This document shows, piece by piece, positions 26,075 through 34,429 of a stretch of 62,290 bases of DNA. The stretch is from assembly GCA_016201505.1 (NCBI GenBank), contig JACQCQ010000006.1, positions 1-62,290 on the forward strand, given 5' to 3'. This DNA is from Candidatus Sungiibacteriota bacterium (lineage in GTDB: Bacteria > Patescibacteriota > Minisyncoccia > Sungbacterales > JACQCQ01). Under the pieces are notes generated by a model, which was not told the origin of the DNA, did no database searches, and was given only the letters and a program-made list of their open reading frames with translations. How positions within the stretch are numbered: the stretch's first letter is position 1; every line of letters begins with the position of its first letter. The position numbers and the translations under genes were made by a program.

Positions 26075-26274
26075 ATCTTATATCTATGTTAAATATTTTA
26101 CTTATTGTTGTTATTAGTACTCTTAATATGTGGATGATGAACTAAAAATTGTTTATCTATATATGTTTTTTATATATTAGCCGCCGTCATTACTTGTGGG
26201 TAAAATTTTATAACATGTGTGTAAGGTAGAGTGTGAATAGTTATTTTATTTTAGACCCCACATTCATCCACACC
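26075..26274. other. probable oriC (dnaA-dnaN intergenic, AT-rich with DnaA-box-like 9-mers)
   Basis: Compared with TGTGGATAA/TTATCCACA: TGTGGATGA 26129-26137, TGTGGGTAA 26205-26213 and TCATCCACA 26264-26272 (1 mismatch each), and TGTGAATAG 26232-26240 (2 mismatches). An AT-rich run spans about 26140-26185. An additional GTATCCACA lies at 27675-27683 at the dnaA 5' end. Flanking synteny is rpmH-rnpA-yidD-yidC-jag and dnaA-dnaN. Confidence 0.6.
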
Positions 26275-27684
26275 TTATACTTCATATATCTTCTCTTTAA
26301 TCATTTGTAGTTCATTTTCAATCATTGGATTATTTTTTAATTCGTTGGTGATTTTTTTACAAGCATGGATCACCGTCGTATGGTCTTTTTTACCCAACTT
26401 TTCTCCAATAAACGGAAAAGAACTTTTCATTTCTTCACGAAGGAGATACATAGCAATTTGGCGCGGTTTTACCACCTCCTTTTTTCGACTGTGATTTGTT
26501 AATGCCTTTTCTTCCACATCATAAAATTCAGCGACCGCTTTTAAGACTTTTTTGACTGAAGTAAATCTCCGAGGCTCTTGTGAGATATACGTGAGAATCC
26601 TTTTTGTTTCCTCTATTGTGATCGGGCTATTGGTTAATTTGGCGCTTATCACAATACGGTTTAAGGCGCCCTCAAGCTCGCGAACATTCGTTTTAATAGA
26701 GTCGGCAATGTACCACAGGGCCTCTTCGGGGATAACGATCCCTTTTTGGTCAGCCTTTGCCTTCAAAATCGTCATCCGCGTCTCGCGGTCGGGTTGGCCA
26801 ATATCCGCAATCATCCCACCCTCGAAGCGAGACCTAAGCCGTTCTTCCAGCGTCGGAATTGATTTGGGCGGGCGATCAGATGAAATTAATATCTGCTTGT
26901 TCCTTTCGTATAAAGCATTAAATATATGGAAAAACTCTTCCTGCATTTTCTCAGTGCGGGCAATAAATTGGATGTCGTCCATAATGAGCATGTCTACCGA
27001 GCGGTATTTTTCTTTCAGTCGCGACATCTCCTGATTTTTTAAAGCCTCTACAATCTCGCCCATGAAACGCTCTGCCGGAACGTATCTCACCTTTCGTGTC
27101 GGATTTTGTTTCATCATCTCGTTCCCGATCGCCTGGATCAGATGCGTTTTACCAAGACCCACGCCGCCATAAATAAAAAGCGGATTATAAGTTGTTCCTG
27201 GATTTTTAACGATCGATTGTCCTGCCGCGTGCGCTAACTCATTGAATGAACCAACGATGAAGGTCTCAAAGACGTAGCGCGGATTCAAATTTGTGTCAGG
27301 ATCGACCGAAAGATCCCGCAGCGAGAATTCCTCGTCGGGGATCACGACCCCCGGCTCGGGGGCATACCGTTTTTCGGCGGAGGGCCGGCGCCGGGATTCT
27401 TCCGGCGGCTGGTATTTCCCAATCACGTACTCAACATCCTTAATGTCATTATTTAAATTACGGATCGCGCGTAAAATTGATTTATGGTATTTAGATTTTA
27501 GCCATTCGCGGGCGAATCCATTGGGTACAGAGAGCGTGATAATGCCGTCTCGCAGGTCGGCAATCGCTGTTTGCTTGAACCACGTAATAAAGTTGGCTTT
27601 GGTTGTTGCCAATTCTATTTCTTGAAGCGCGTTGCGCCACAATTCTTCGTGGGTCATATGCGAGTTCGTTTTAAGTATCCACAT
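26275..27684 (-). CDS. dnaA: chromosomal replication initiator DnaA (possible true start at MTHEELW, 27657)
   Basis: Walker A GGVGLGKTHL, DDIQF, box VII/VIII, and C-terminal DNA-binding domain (PRQIAMYLLRE...DHTTVIHA). Confidence 0.97.
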   Translation of the reverse strand: MWILKTNSHMTHEELWRNALQEIELATTKANFITWFKQTAIADLRDGIITLSVPNGFAREWLKSKYHKSILRAIRNLNNDIKDVEYVIGKYQPPEESRRRPSAEKRYAPEPGVVIPDEEFSLRDLSVDPDTNLNPRYVFETFIVGSFNELAHAAGQSIVKNPGTTYNPLFIYGGVGLGKTHLIQAIGNEMMKQNPTRKVRYVPAERFMGEIVEALKNQEMSRLKEKYRSVDMLIMDDIQFIARTEKMQEEFFHIFNALYERNKQILISSDRPPKSIPTLEERLRSRFEGGMIADIGQPDRETRMTILKAKADQKGIVIPEEALWYIADSIKTNVRELEGALNRIVISAKLTNSPITIEETKRILTYISQEPRRFTSVKKVLKAVAEFYDVEEKALTNHSRKKEVVKPRQIAMYLLREEMKSSFPFIGEKLGKKDHTTVIHACKKITNELKNNPMIENELQMIKEKIYEV

Positions 27685-27792
27685 TATACTCTGCGTTGGT
27701 AATCTGGAAAGCGAGCTGAATTTCCGCCCAAATGGGGATAGACTGTTGGCTACTTGTGAATGTCAAAAAAATGATAGTATACTGTCTACCAC

Positions 27793-27927
27793 ATGTCTAT
27801 AACATACCAACCTAAAAAAAGAAAACGAAGTAAAACACACGGGTTTCTGAAACGATCAAGATCGCGCGGAGGGAAAAATGTCCTGTCTCGACGCAGGACG
27901 AAGGGGCGGCATCGACTTTCCGTCTAA
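27793..27927 (+). CDS. rpmH: 50S ribosomal protein L34
   Basis: ATG 27793 to TAA 27925-27927 reads [44 protein letters not shown] (44 aa, below the ORF-track cutoff). Canonical L34 sequence and position. Confidence 0.93.
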   Translation: MSITYQPKKRKRSKTHGFLKRSRSRGGKNVLSRRRTKGRHRLSV

Positions 27928-27932
27928 TCAGC

Positions 27933-28283
27933 TTGCGAATTTCCATGCCCCTACCAAAATCGGCCCGGCTTTCGAAAGATCGAGAAATCCAGGCGGTCTT
28001 TAAGAAATCAAAACGAGCGGAGAATGATTTTTTTATTCTCCGCGTGCATTATAAACAAGGCGCCCCCGGCAGGATGGCGATTGTTATCTCGAAAGGAGTC
28101 TCAAAAAAAGCCACCGACCGCGTGAGACTCCGCCGCAGAATATCTGAATGGGTGCGGCAGAATAAAATTCTCAAAACGAAGACCAGCGATTATGTCCTCT
28201 CGGTAAAACCGAGCGCTATGGGTATTTCTCGAACGCATTTTTATCAGTCGCTCGGCTCTTTATGGAAGCACCCTCAATTATGA
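27933..28283 (+). CDS. rnpA: ribonuclease P protein component
   Basis: LPKSARLSKDREIQAVFKK...ISKGVSKKATDRVRLRRRISE contains the RNR-type motif. Follows rpmH. Confidence 0.88.
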   Translation: MRISMPLPKSARLSKDREIQAVFKKSKRAENDFFILRVHYKQGAPGRMAIVISKGVSKKATDRVRLRRRISEWVRQNKILKTKTSDYVLSVKPSAMGISRTHFYQSLGSLWKHPQL

Positions 28284-28504
28284 AGTTCACACGCGCAATC
28301 TTTCATTTCTATCGAACGTTTTTTTCTCCAGCTTGGCACGGACTATTCGGGCCGGGCGCGGGCTGCCGGTATTATCCGACGTGTTCGCGCTATGCCGAGC
28401 GATCAATACAAAATTATGGGTTATGGCGCGGCAGCCTCAAGGCGGGAAGACGCATCCTGTCATGCAATCCATTTTCCAAAGGCGGGTTTGATCCGGTGAT
28501 ATGA
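28262..28504 (+). CDS. yidD: membrane protein insertion efficiency factor YidD
   Basis: FYRTFFSP...CRYYPTCSRYAERSIQNYGLWRGSLKAGRRILSCNPFSKGGFDPV is the canonical YidD sequence. Confidence 0.93.
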   Translation: MEAPSIMKFTRAIFHFYRTFFSPAWHGLFGPGAGCRYYPTCSRYAERSIQNYGLWRGSLKAGRRILSCNPFSKGGFDPVI

Positions 28505-28615
28505 CCCGCCAAAGTTTTTGTTAAGCTGATGTATATGAGAAAAATAAACATGAAACAACCGGGCTTTAGAAAATTTCTCGCGAAACAAAATAACATAACA
28601 AAAATTTAGGCGGGT

Positions 28616-29362
28616 ATGATTGGCGCGATTTATAACGAGATTCTTTACCGGCCGCTCGCGAATATCCTAGTTTTTTTCTATGCGGCTATCCCCTACCACG
28701 ACCTTGGTCTTTCAATAATTTTACTGACCATTGTTATTCGGCTGTTACTCTATCCCTTTATTGCCAAGCAAATGAAAGCCCAGAAGCAGCTTTCCGCCAT
28801 ACAGCCAGCATTAAAAAAAATTCAGGACCAATATAAAGACAACAAGGAGGAGCAGGCAAAAAAAGTTATGGAGCTTTACAAATCAAAGGGCGTCAACCCC
28901 GCTTCGGGCTGTTTGCCGTTACTCATTCAGTTGCCGCTCTTAATTGCGCTCTATCAAGTATTCCGGCAGGTCTCTGATCCGGCCTACTTCCAGACCTTTC
29001 TGGGCCAACTCTATTCATTTGTGCCGCACCCAACCTCAATAAATCCGACCGCTTTCGGTTTTATCAATTTGGCCCATACGAGTATCGTTCTCGGAATCTT
29101 GGCCGCGGCAACTCAGTTTTTCCAGGGCTATGTGATGACGCCATCTTCAGGAATTATCACAGGAGAAAAAAAAGTAGGGACCCCCAGCGCAGGAGATTCG
29201 TTCCAGAAAGCGCTTCAAATGCAGACGCTCTATATGCTCCCGATTATTATTTTTATTTTTTCAATCAAATTTGCTGCTGCCCTACCTCTCTACTGGGTGA
29301 CGCTAAACGTCTTCGGCATTATTCAGCAGGTGGTCACGAAAATCGATACGCCCTACATTTAA
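28616..29362 (+). CDS. yidC: membrane protein insertase YidC (short, Oxa1-like form)
   Basis: LSIILLTIVIRLLLYPF...KQMKAQKQLSAIQPALKKIQDQYKDNKEE...GVNPASGCLPLLIQLPLLIALY. Confidence 0.92.
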   Translation: MIGAIYNEILYRPLANILVFFYAAIPYHDLGLSIILLTIVIRLLLYPFIAKQMKAQKQLSAIQPALKKIQDQYKDNKEEQAKKVMELYKSKGVNPASGCLPLLIQLPLLIALYQVFRQVSDPAYFQTFLGQLYSFVPHPTSINPTAFGFINLAHTSIVLGILAAATQFFQGYVMTPSSGIITGEKKVGTPSAGDSFQKALQMQTLYMLPIIIFIFSIKFAAALPLYWVTLNVFGIIQQVVTKIDTPYI

Positions 29363-29425
29363 ATTTCTAAAAAATAGTAGACAAAAAGGCCATTTTTTGC
29401 TAGTCTCGAGCCAGAATTTTCCCCT

Positions 29426-29899
29426 ATGGCCCCCGCTGATTTGCAAGAAATGGAGACGAATGTATGCCGGGAAATTGAGAAGTTTTTAGAACTTACCAAA
29501 ATCCCGGGCAGAGTCACCCCCGAAGAATCAATGCACTTCGGGTTGCGTTTTAATATCGAAGTGCCAGACGCCAGATTTTTAATCGGCGAGCACGGCGCGA
29601 ACCTGGCCTCACTTGAATATTTGGTGAAAAAAATTGTCCAGAAAAAATTTCCCGATGGCCCTAATTTTTCGCTTGATGTGAACGATTATAAATTGCGTCA
29701 CGCCGAGATGCTCCGCGATGAGGTAAAAATGATCGCCAAAAAAGTCCGCATGTATCGAAAAGAAATTATTTTAAAACCCATGTCTTCTTATGAACGGCGC
29801 ATCATTCACATGTCGCTCGCCGAGTATCCCGATATTATAACGGAATCGGTTGGCGAAAACCCCGACCGAAGAGTCGTCATTAAACCGAATCCTCTCTAG
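29426..29899 (+). CDS. jag: Jag-like KH + R3H RNA-binding protein
   Basis: R3H motif YERRIIHMSLAEYPDIITESVGENPDRRVVIKP, preceded by a KH-like region. Follows yidC. Confidence 0.85.
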   Translation: MAPADLQEMETNVCREIEKFLELTKIPGRVTPEESMHFGLRFNIEVPDARFLIGEHGANLASLEYLVKKIVQKKFPDGPNFSLDVNDYKLRHAEMLRDEVKMIAKKVRMYRKEIILKPMSSYERRIIHMSLAEYPDIITESVGENPDRRVVIKPNPL

Positions 29900-29949
29900 T
29901 GAATCTAGTTATATTTATTACATCTAATTTATTAGTTCTACTCTATCCC

Positions 29950-29966
29950 ACGCTATAGCGTATAAT
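29950..29966. promoter_or_regulatory. palindrome ACGCTATAGCGT fused to a consensus TATAAT upstream of paralog P3; candidate operator and promoter
   Basis: ctatcccACGCTATAGCGTATAATgatgtagATG. Palindrome at 29950-29961, TATAAT at 29961-29966, then 7 nt to ATG 29974. The 19 nt CTATCCCACGCTATAGCGT are identical to the left part of the palindrome at 56780-56813. Confidence 0.55.
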
Positions 29967-29973
29967 GATGTAG

Positions 29974-30546
29974 ATGAGAAAAAATGAAATTGTAAGATCA
30001 ATCCTTATGGTATTGGCGAGTACGGGGTTGGTGGCTGCAACGGTGATGCTACCGGGGTTGGCAATAGCGCTTAAGCCGTTACTCACCAAAAAGCATTCCG
30101 GCATTAAGAGACTTTCGATTGAACGCGCGTTGCGTCGCCTTAAAACGCGCAGGATGGTTCAAATTACTCTTGATGCGGGGGGTAACGAGACTCTCTCTAT
30201 AACTGAAGCTGGCAGGGTGCGTCTACGGAGACTTGAATTCGAGGATTTAATCTTAAAAATTCCTAAATCCTGGGACGGTTACTGGAGTGTAATTTTGTTT
30301 GATATCCCTGAACGGCATAAAACTGCTCGGGACGCACTGCGCATGAAATTGCGCAGTCTCGGGTGCTTTCAGTATCACAAGAGTGTGTTTGTGCATTTTG
30401 TCCCCTGCGAAGATGAAGTCGACTTTATAGCGGAGACATTCCAAATTCGGCGCTATGTTACTGTGTTCCGGACACGATCTCTGGGCCACCAAGAGCATCG
30501 AGCGTATCGACACTTCCATTTGAAACCCCAAGCGCTCCGACGGTAA
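29974..30546 (+). CDS. wHTH + Cas2/PaaX-like domain protein with hydrophobic N-terminal segment (paralog P3)
   Basis: 190 aa. Contains LVAATVMLPGLAIALKP, ERALRRLKTRRMVQI...ITEAGRVRL, and WDGYWSVILFDIPERHKTARDALRMKLRSLGCFQYHKSVFVHF. Long identical stretches shared with P1. Confidence 0.85.
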   Translation: MRKNEIVRSILMVLASTGLVAATVMLPGLAIALKPLLTKKHSGIKRLSIERALRRLKTRRMVQITLDAGGNETLSITEAGRVRLRRLEFEDLILKIPKSWDGYWSVILFDIPERHKTARDALRMKLRSLGCFQYHKSVFVHFVPCEDEVDFIAETFQIRRYVTVFRTRSLGHQEHRAYRHFHLKPQALRR

Positions 30547-30551
30547 GCATA

Positions 30552-30585
30552 TACCCTATGCCACGCTATAGCGTGGCATAGGGTA
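30552..30585. repeat. 34-nt perfect palindrome TACCCTATGCCACGCTATAGCGTGGCATAGGGTA downstream of P3
   Basis: Perfect self-complementarity. Differs from the palindrome at 56780-56813 by a single compensated base pair. Confidence 0.85.
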
Positions 30586-30605
30586 GCGGCTCGAGGAAAA
30601 GCGAG

Positions 30606-31817
30606 TTACTTAACGCCCGCATTCGTTGCCGGGCCTATATTCACGCGCCAGAGTGTTGAATCTTTTTTGTTTATGAAATAGAGATACTTCTCGTCGGGGG
30701 TAAGGAAGAGATGTGTCATATCAAATTGCGAGTCCGTCATGAGTAGGGACGCATTTCCCGTTGAGGCCTCAATTTTTACGAGTGCATCGTGGAAGTTGAC
30801 TTTCCCTTGATACCAATCGTCCGGAAGCCGGATTGATCCATCGCTGTTTATCGTGTCAGCGCCAAGCGGCACCGCGCAGTAGGTACTCGAGCCAACCTGA
30901 TTCCAGGCACATTTTTCCGCCAGCGTGCGGATCCCCGAAACGTCAAGAATGGCAGACGTTTTTTGATTCACCAGTCTAAGATCCTGAAGATTTCCGGCGG
31001 CGTCCGTTGATGAATATAGAAGCAGATTTTTTGCGCCAGCCGGGAGTAACGAGAGGCCGGGTCTTGAAAGAAAATTCTTAGCCGAACCACCAATCGGAAT
31101 GACATAGGCAAGACCAGACACCGCGTAGGTCGGCGTTGTGGTCAGGATCAGGCTGTTGGGGTCAATCCAGCTGACGTGAAAATCCGGGATTGATGTCTGG
31201 TAGATTGTTTTTTGGCTTTTGCCTTTGGCATCCGTCGTGGCGACGCGCAAGGTACTCCCAATCATCTCTGTGTAGGCAATCATGCTTGATTTTGGCGACC
31301 AGGCAGCGCTCGTTACTCCCGGCGGCAGAAATGATGTGCTGGACGCGGCGGTAGTTTGGTTAAAATATTTAGTTCCTCTGGCGTCGCTGTAGCCGACCGT
31401 TGAGTAGGCTTTGTCCGCCGCCCACATAACGTTTGTAATTCCAACCACAGTCAGATTAGATATCGCCGTCTCGTGCCCTCCGTCTAAATCTGCTCTCATC
31501 AGATTCCCGCCGATTTTTTGGTAGAACAAGAGACTCTTTCCGTCACCCGCCAGCGTCGCGCCGATGACGGGCTCTTTGGTAATTTGGGTCACGCTCGCGT
31601 TTACAGGCTGATTTTGATCAGCCGTTCCCGTTTTGTTGCCCGTTGTCGCGCCCGATGAACTCGAGGAACTGCCGCCCCCGCCCGGGAAGGAAAGGAATTT
31701 CGTAATTGTGGTACTCACGGAATTCGGTGAAGTGATGCGCGAATAAATAAACCAGCCAATTAGAATAAAGAGAATAATGGCAACGATACCGACTGAAATT
31801 TTTGTGACTCTTGTCAT
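30606..31817 (-). CDS. membrane-anchored TolB-like beta-propeller protein (last gene of the secretion-apparatus operon)
   Basis: Start taken at MTRVTKISVG (31817), 2 nt after the upstream stop. Has an N-terminal TM segment and a Gly/Ser linker. Repeats resemble PD40/TolB blades (AAWSPKSSMIAYTE..., LFYQKIGGNLMRADLDG). Confidence 0.55.
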   Translation of the reverse strand: MTRVTKISVGIVAIILFILIGWFIYSRITSPNSVSTTITKFLSFPGGGGSSSSSSGATTGNKTGTADQNQPVNASVTQITKEPVIGATLAGDGKSLLFYQKIGGNLMRADLDGGHETAISNLTVVGITNVMWAADKAYSTVGYSDARGTKYFNQTTAASSTSFLPPGVTSAAWSPKSSMIAYTEMIGSTLRVATTDAKGKSQKTIYQTSIPDFHVSWIDPNSLILTTTPTYAVSGLAYVIPIGGSAKNFLSRPGLSLLPAGAKNLLLYSSTDAAGNLQDLRLVNQKTSAILDVSGIRTLAEKCAWNQVGSSTYCAVPLGADTINSDGSIRLPDDWYQGKVNFHDALVKIEASTGNASLLMTDSQFDMTHLFLTPDEKYLYFINKKDSTLWRVNIGPATNAGVK

Positions 31818-31819
31818 AT

Positions 31820-32449
31820 TTAGTAAGGCGGTCCCACGTAGGTACAAACTGACTTATCGCCAAATGCTGGTTTGTAGTTTACTGGACAGGATCCACTATT
31901 AGAAGAAATTATTCCCGGCCAGCAGCTTCCGGCGTATTTATCTTTTACGTACGGGCTGGGACACGTATCGCCTGTTGATGGGATAGATCCGGGCGGGAGA
32001 GGCGCATTATTTGGGATATTGGGGTTAGCGCTTTGTAAAGCTGGGATTTGAATACTCCCAATGTTTAACTGCACCAGATGCGGATTGATTGTGTAGAGAA
32101 TAATATAAGAGCTAAGGGCTAAGACGATGCCCCAGATGGCATTGGTGATTTTGGTGTTGGCTTCGCTAATCTTACTCGGATTTCCTGCCGCATAGATACG
32201 CTTAAGCCCGCCCCAGCTGATCATGAACACCGATGAGACGCCAATGAGGGCAAGACCTAATTTATAAATAAAAATGAGGATGGCGTAGGCGTTTTGATCA
32301 GAGGCGGTGGGGACGTCATTAGCCGCTTGTGAATTTCCAGTAGCCGGCCTATCGGCGGTAAATTGGGCATCGTAATCAGCCGCAAAAGCCAACGAAGCAA
32401 TAGATACAAACAAGAGACAGAAGATAATGGATGTCGCGAAGTATTTCAT
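31820..32449 (-). CDS. pilin-like protein (VirB2/TrbC-like topology) with a Cys-rich C-terminal extension
   Basis: Signal peptide MKYFATSIIFCLLFVSIASLAFA, two hydrophobic helices (AYAILIFIYKLGLALIGVSSVFMISWGGL and AIWGIVLALSSYIILYTI) separated by a short polar loop, then a tail with 5 Cys. The assignment rests on topology only. Confidence 0.4.
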   Translation of the reverse strand: MKYFATSIIFCLLFVSIASLAFAADYDAQFTADRPATGNSQAANDVPTASDQNAYAILIFIYKLGLALIGVSSVFMISWGGLKRIYAAGNPSKISEANTKITNAIWGIVLALSSYIILYTINPHLVQLNIGSIQIPALQSANPNIPNNAPLPPGSIPSTGDTCPSPYVKDKYAGSCWPGIISSNSGSCPVNYKPAFGDKSVCTYVGPPY

Positions 32450-32458
32450 AGGTCTTCG

Positions 32459-33781
32459 TTATTGCACACTGGCCGCAAATGAGCCGAATATACGGAATAG
32501 TTTATCAACCGCGCTTTGGATCGTGACTGAAATATCTTGATTCCCCCGGATACCGGCAGCGCTTCGCAAGGTAAGGAGTTCAGGTGAAGCGCCCTTATTT
32601 TCGAGAACCTGGTTATTGGCCACCCATTGGTATTGTAAATCTTTTACGTAATTTTTCGGCGCAAAAAACGGCTCGGCGATAAAGTCATTGGCACCCCCCG
32701 ACTGGATGGGTATGCTCGAAATGGCGCGCGAGCCGTCAATGCCAGAGAGCGGAATTTTTTGGTAAATCAACGCTTCGGGCTCTGCCAGCGGCAACGGGAA
32801 CGTCGCCTCTTGGGAGAATGTGCCGGAAATATTTTCCACTTTTACGGAAATCGTATCGACAAGCTCTTTAACCGCGGGAATCGTATAGGCGAATATGCTC
32901 TTGGCTTGGCCGGATTGAGATGGAATAATATCGCCATTTATTTTCCAGGTATAAACCAGTGAGTTGGCAATGGCGTCTGCATATGAGGGACGGGCTTGGA
33001 TGTGGATGGTGCTGCCCGGTGTCGCTAGAGCTTTCCCCTGATACCAGGTTGGCACGTAGGTATCCGCCCACCAATAAAATGAAATTGAAAGCGGAATCAG
33101 TGTTTTTGAAGCTCGAAGAACAGTGCCGTCAATTTTCGTGATAGCCAGATCAACGCTGGTTCCGGTCCCGGCCGCCCCGAGACTAAGCGAAAGAGTTTGC
33201 TCGCCTTTCCCCGACTTGGCTATTTTTCCATTTACCCGCCATTCAAATGTGGCAGCCGCGAGCGCATCTCCAAGCGACGTCGCGGTCAAAAGAACGGCCT
33301 CGCCCGGCGCCGGTGAATCGTTGGAGGTATTGATATTGATTTGTGAAAGTCCCAAGAGGCTTGCGCCCACTGCACTCAAGTTATTTTGAATATCTGCCGG
33401 TGAGAGTTGAACACTCATGTATGTCGTCGCCTCGACCGGATTCTGATTCGGGATTGTAGCTCTCACGCGTAGCGGGTAAGATCCAGGACTGGCGGGTGCT
33501 TGGAATGTAAACAGCGTTCTATTGATCCCCGTGACAGTTGGGATCGAGCCATTATTGAAGTACCAGTAAAAAGTGGCCGTTTTAGGATCTGCGCCGACGA
33601 GCGTGGCTTGTGCCGAGAGCTGGGCATTTGTAAACGTCGTTGTTGACGGGATGACCGTTAGATTGATGCCGACGGTGCTTGTCGCGCTTTGCGCCAGGAC
33701 CGAGGCGCCCGGCATCAAGAGCATACAAACCAAGGCCGTCTCCGCCAGCCAGTATTTTTTTATGAGCCAAAAAGTTTTCAT
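32459..33781 (-). CDS. secreted protein with four Ig/PKD-like repeats
   Basis: Signal peptide ...LLMPGASVLAQS. Four repeats of roughly 90-100 aa are each marked by (F/Y)xW..N(G/N): FYWYFNNG, FEWRVNGK, YTWKINGD, YQWVANNQ. Confidence 0.6.
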   Translation of the reverse strand: MKTFWLIKKYWLAETALVCMLLMPGASVLAQSATSTVGINLTVIPSTTTFTNAQLSAQATLVGADPKTATFYWYFNNGSIPTVTGINRTLFTFQAPASPGSYPLRVRATIPNQNPVEATTYMSVQLSPADIQNNLSAVGASLLGLSQININTSNDSPAPGEAVLLTATSLGDALAAATFEWRVNGKIAKSGKGEQTLSLSLGAAGTGTSVDLAITKIDGTVLRASKTLIPLSISFYWWADTYVPTWYQGKALATPGSTIHIQARPSYADAIANSLVYTWKINGDIIPSQSGQAKSIFAYTIPAVKELVDTISVKVENISGTFSQEATFPLPLAEPEALIYQKIPLSGIDGSRAISSIPIQSGGANDFIAEPFFAPKNYVKDLQYQWVANNQVLENKGASPELLTLRSAAGIRGNQDISVTIQSAVDKLFRIFGSFAASVQ

Positions 33782-34425
33782 TGGTTTGACATCCAGAGGG
33801 CGAATAAATACACCAGCGGGCTGATGCCGGAAAACAATATGTAGACCAGCTCCGAACCCGGCACGGCTTCTTCTGCTTTTTGCATGGCTTCAGATCCCGG
33901 AGTGTTGACCCCGGCGAGTTTCATAGCCCGCGCGCCGCTCGTCATCGAGGCCGGATGCAGTTGGTGCCCCACGCGCCAGATCCAGAGAAAGCCTACAATC
34001 ACATAATCAATCATGATCGCAATAAAGGGAATGATAAAATCAGCCAGATAGCCAATCAGTGAAAAGAATGAGACCGCCGCGAATAACAACAACCACTGCA
34101 TCGAGCCGATTTTCTTTTGGGCTTTTTGTTCCGCCTCTTCTGCCCGTTCGGCTTGGGCAAGCGTTTGTTGGCGCCGGCTTTGAGACAGAGCGAGGTAATA
34201 ATTTTCTTCGGCTATTTGCTGGGCTTCGGCGGCCGCCTGTTCCTCCAGGGCCGCGGCTTCAGCCGACCGCATTTTTTCCTGCCGAGCCTGCTCGGCTTCA
34301 GTCCGCTGGTACCACGCTTCATTATCGTCATGATAATCAGTCGCAGGCATCGGCTCGCGTCGCAACACATCCGCAGTCTCAACCGCTCCTAAAATATTTT
34401 CTCTTTTCGTTTCTGTGCTCGGCAT
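33778..34425 (-). CDS. membrane protein with an N-terminal E/A/Q-rich coiled coil
   Basis: 215 aa. AEQARQEKMRSAEAAALEEQAAAEAQQIAEE... is followed by 2-4 hydrophobic segments. Its stop overlaps the next start by 4 nt. Confidence 0.6.
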   Translation of the reverse strand: MPSTETKRENILGAVETADVLRREPMPATDYHDDNEAWYQRTEAEQARQEKMRSAEAAALEEQAAAEAQQIAEENYYLALSQSRRQQTLAQAERAEEAEQKAQKKIGSMQWLLLFAAVSFFSLIGYLADFIIPFIAIMIDYVIVGFLWIWRVGHQLHPASMTSGARAMKLAGVNTPGSEAMQKAEEAVPGSELVYILFSGISPLVYLFALWMSNQ

Positions 34426-34429
34426 AGGT

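Noticed and set aside
28535-28609. 24-codon basic ORF (MRKINMKQPGFRKFLAKQNNITKI) between yidD and yidC
   Set aside because: It is too short, has no supporting signals, and lies in an A-rich spacer.
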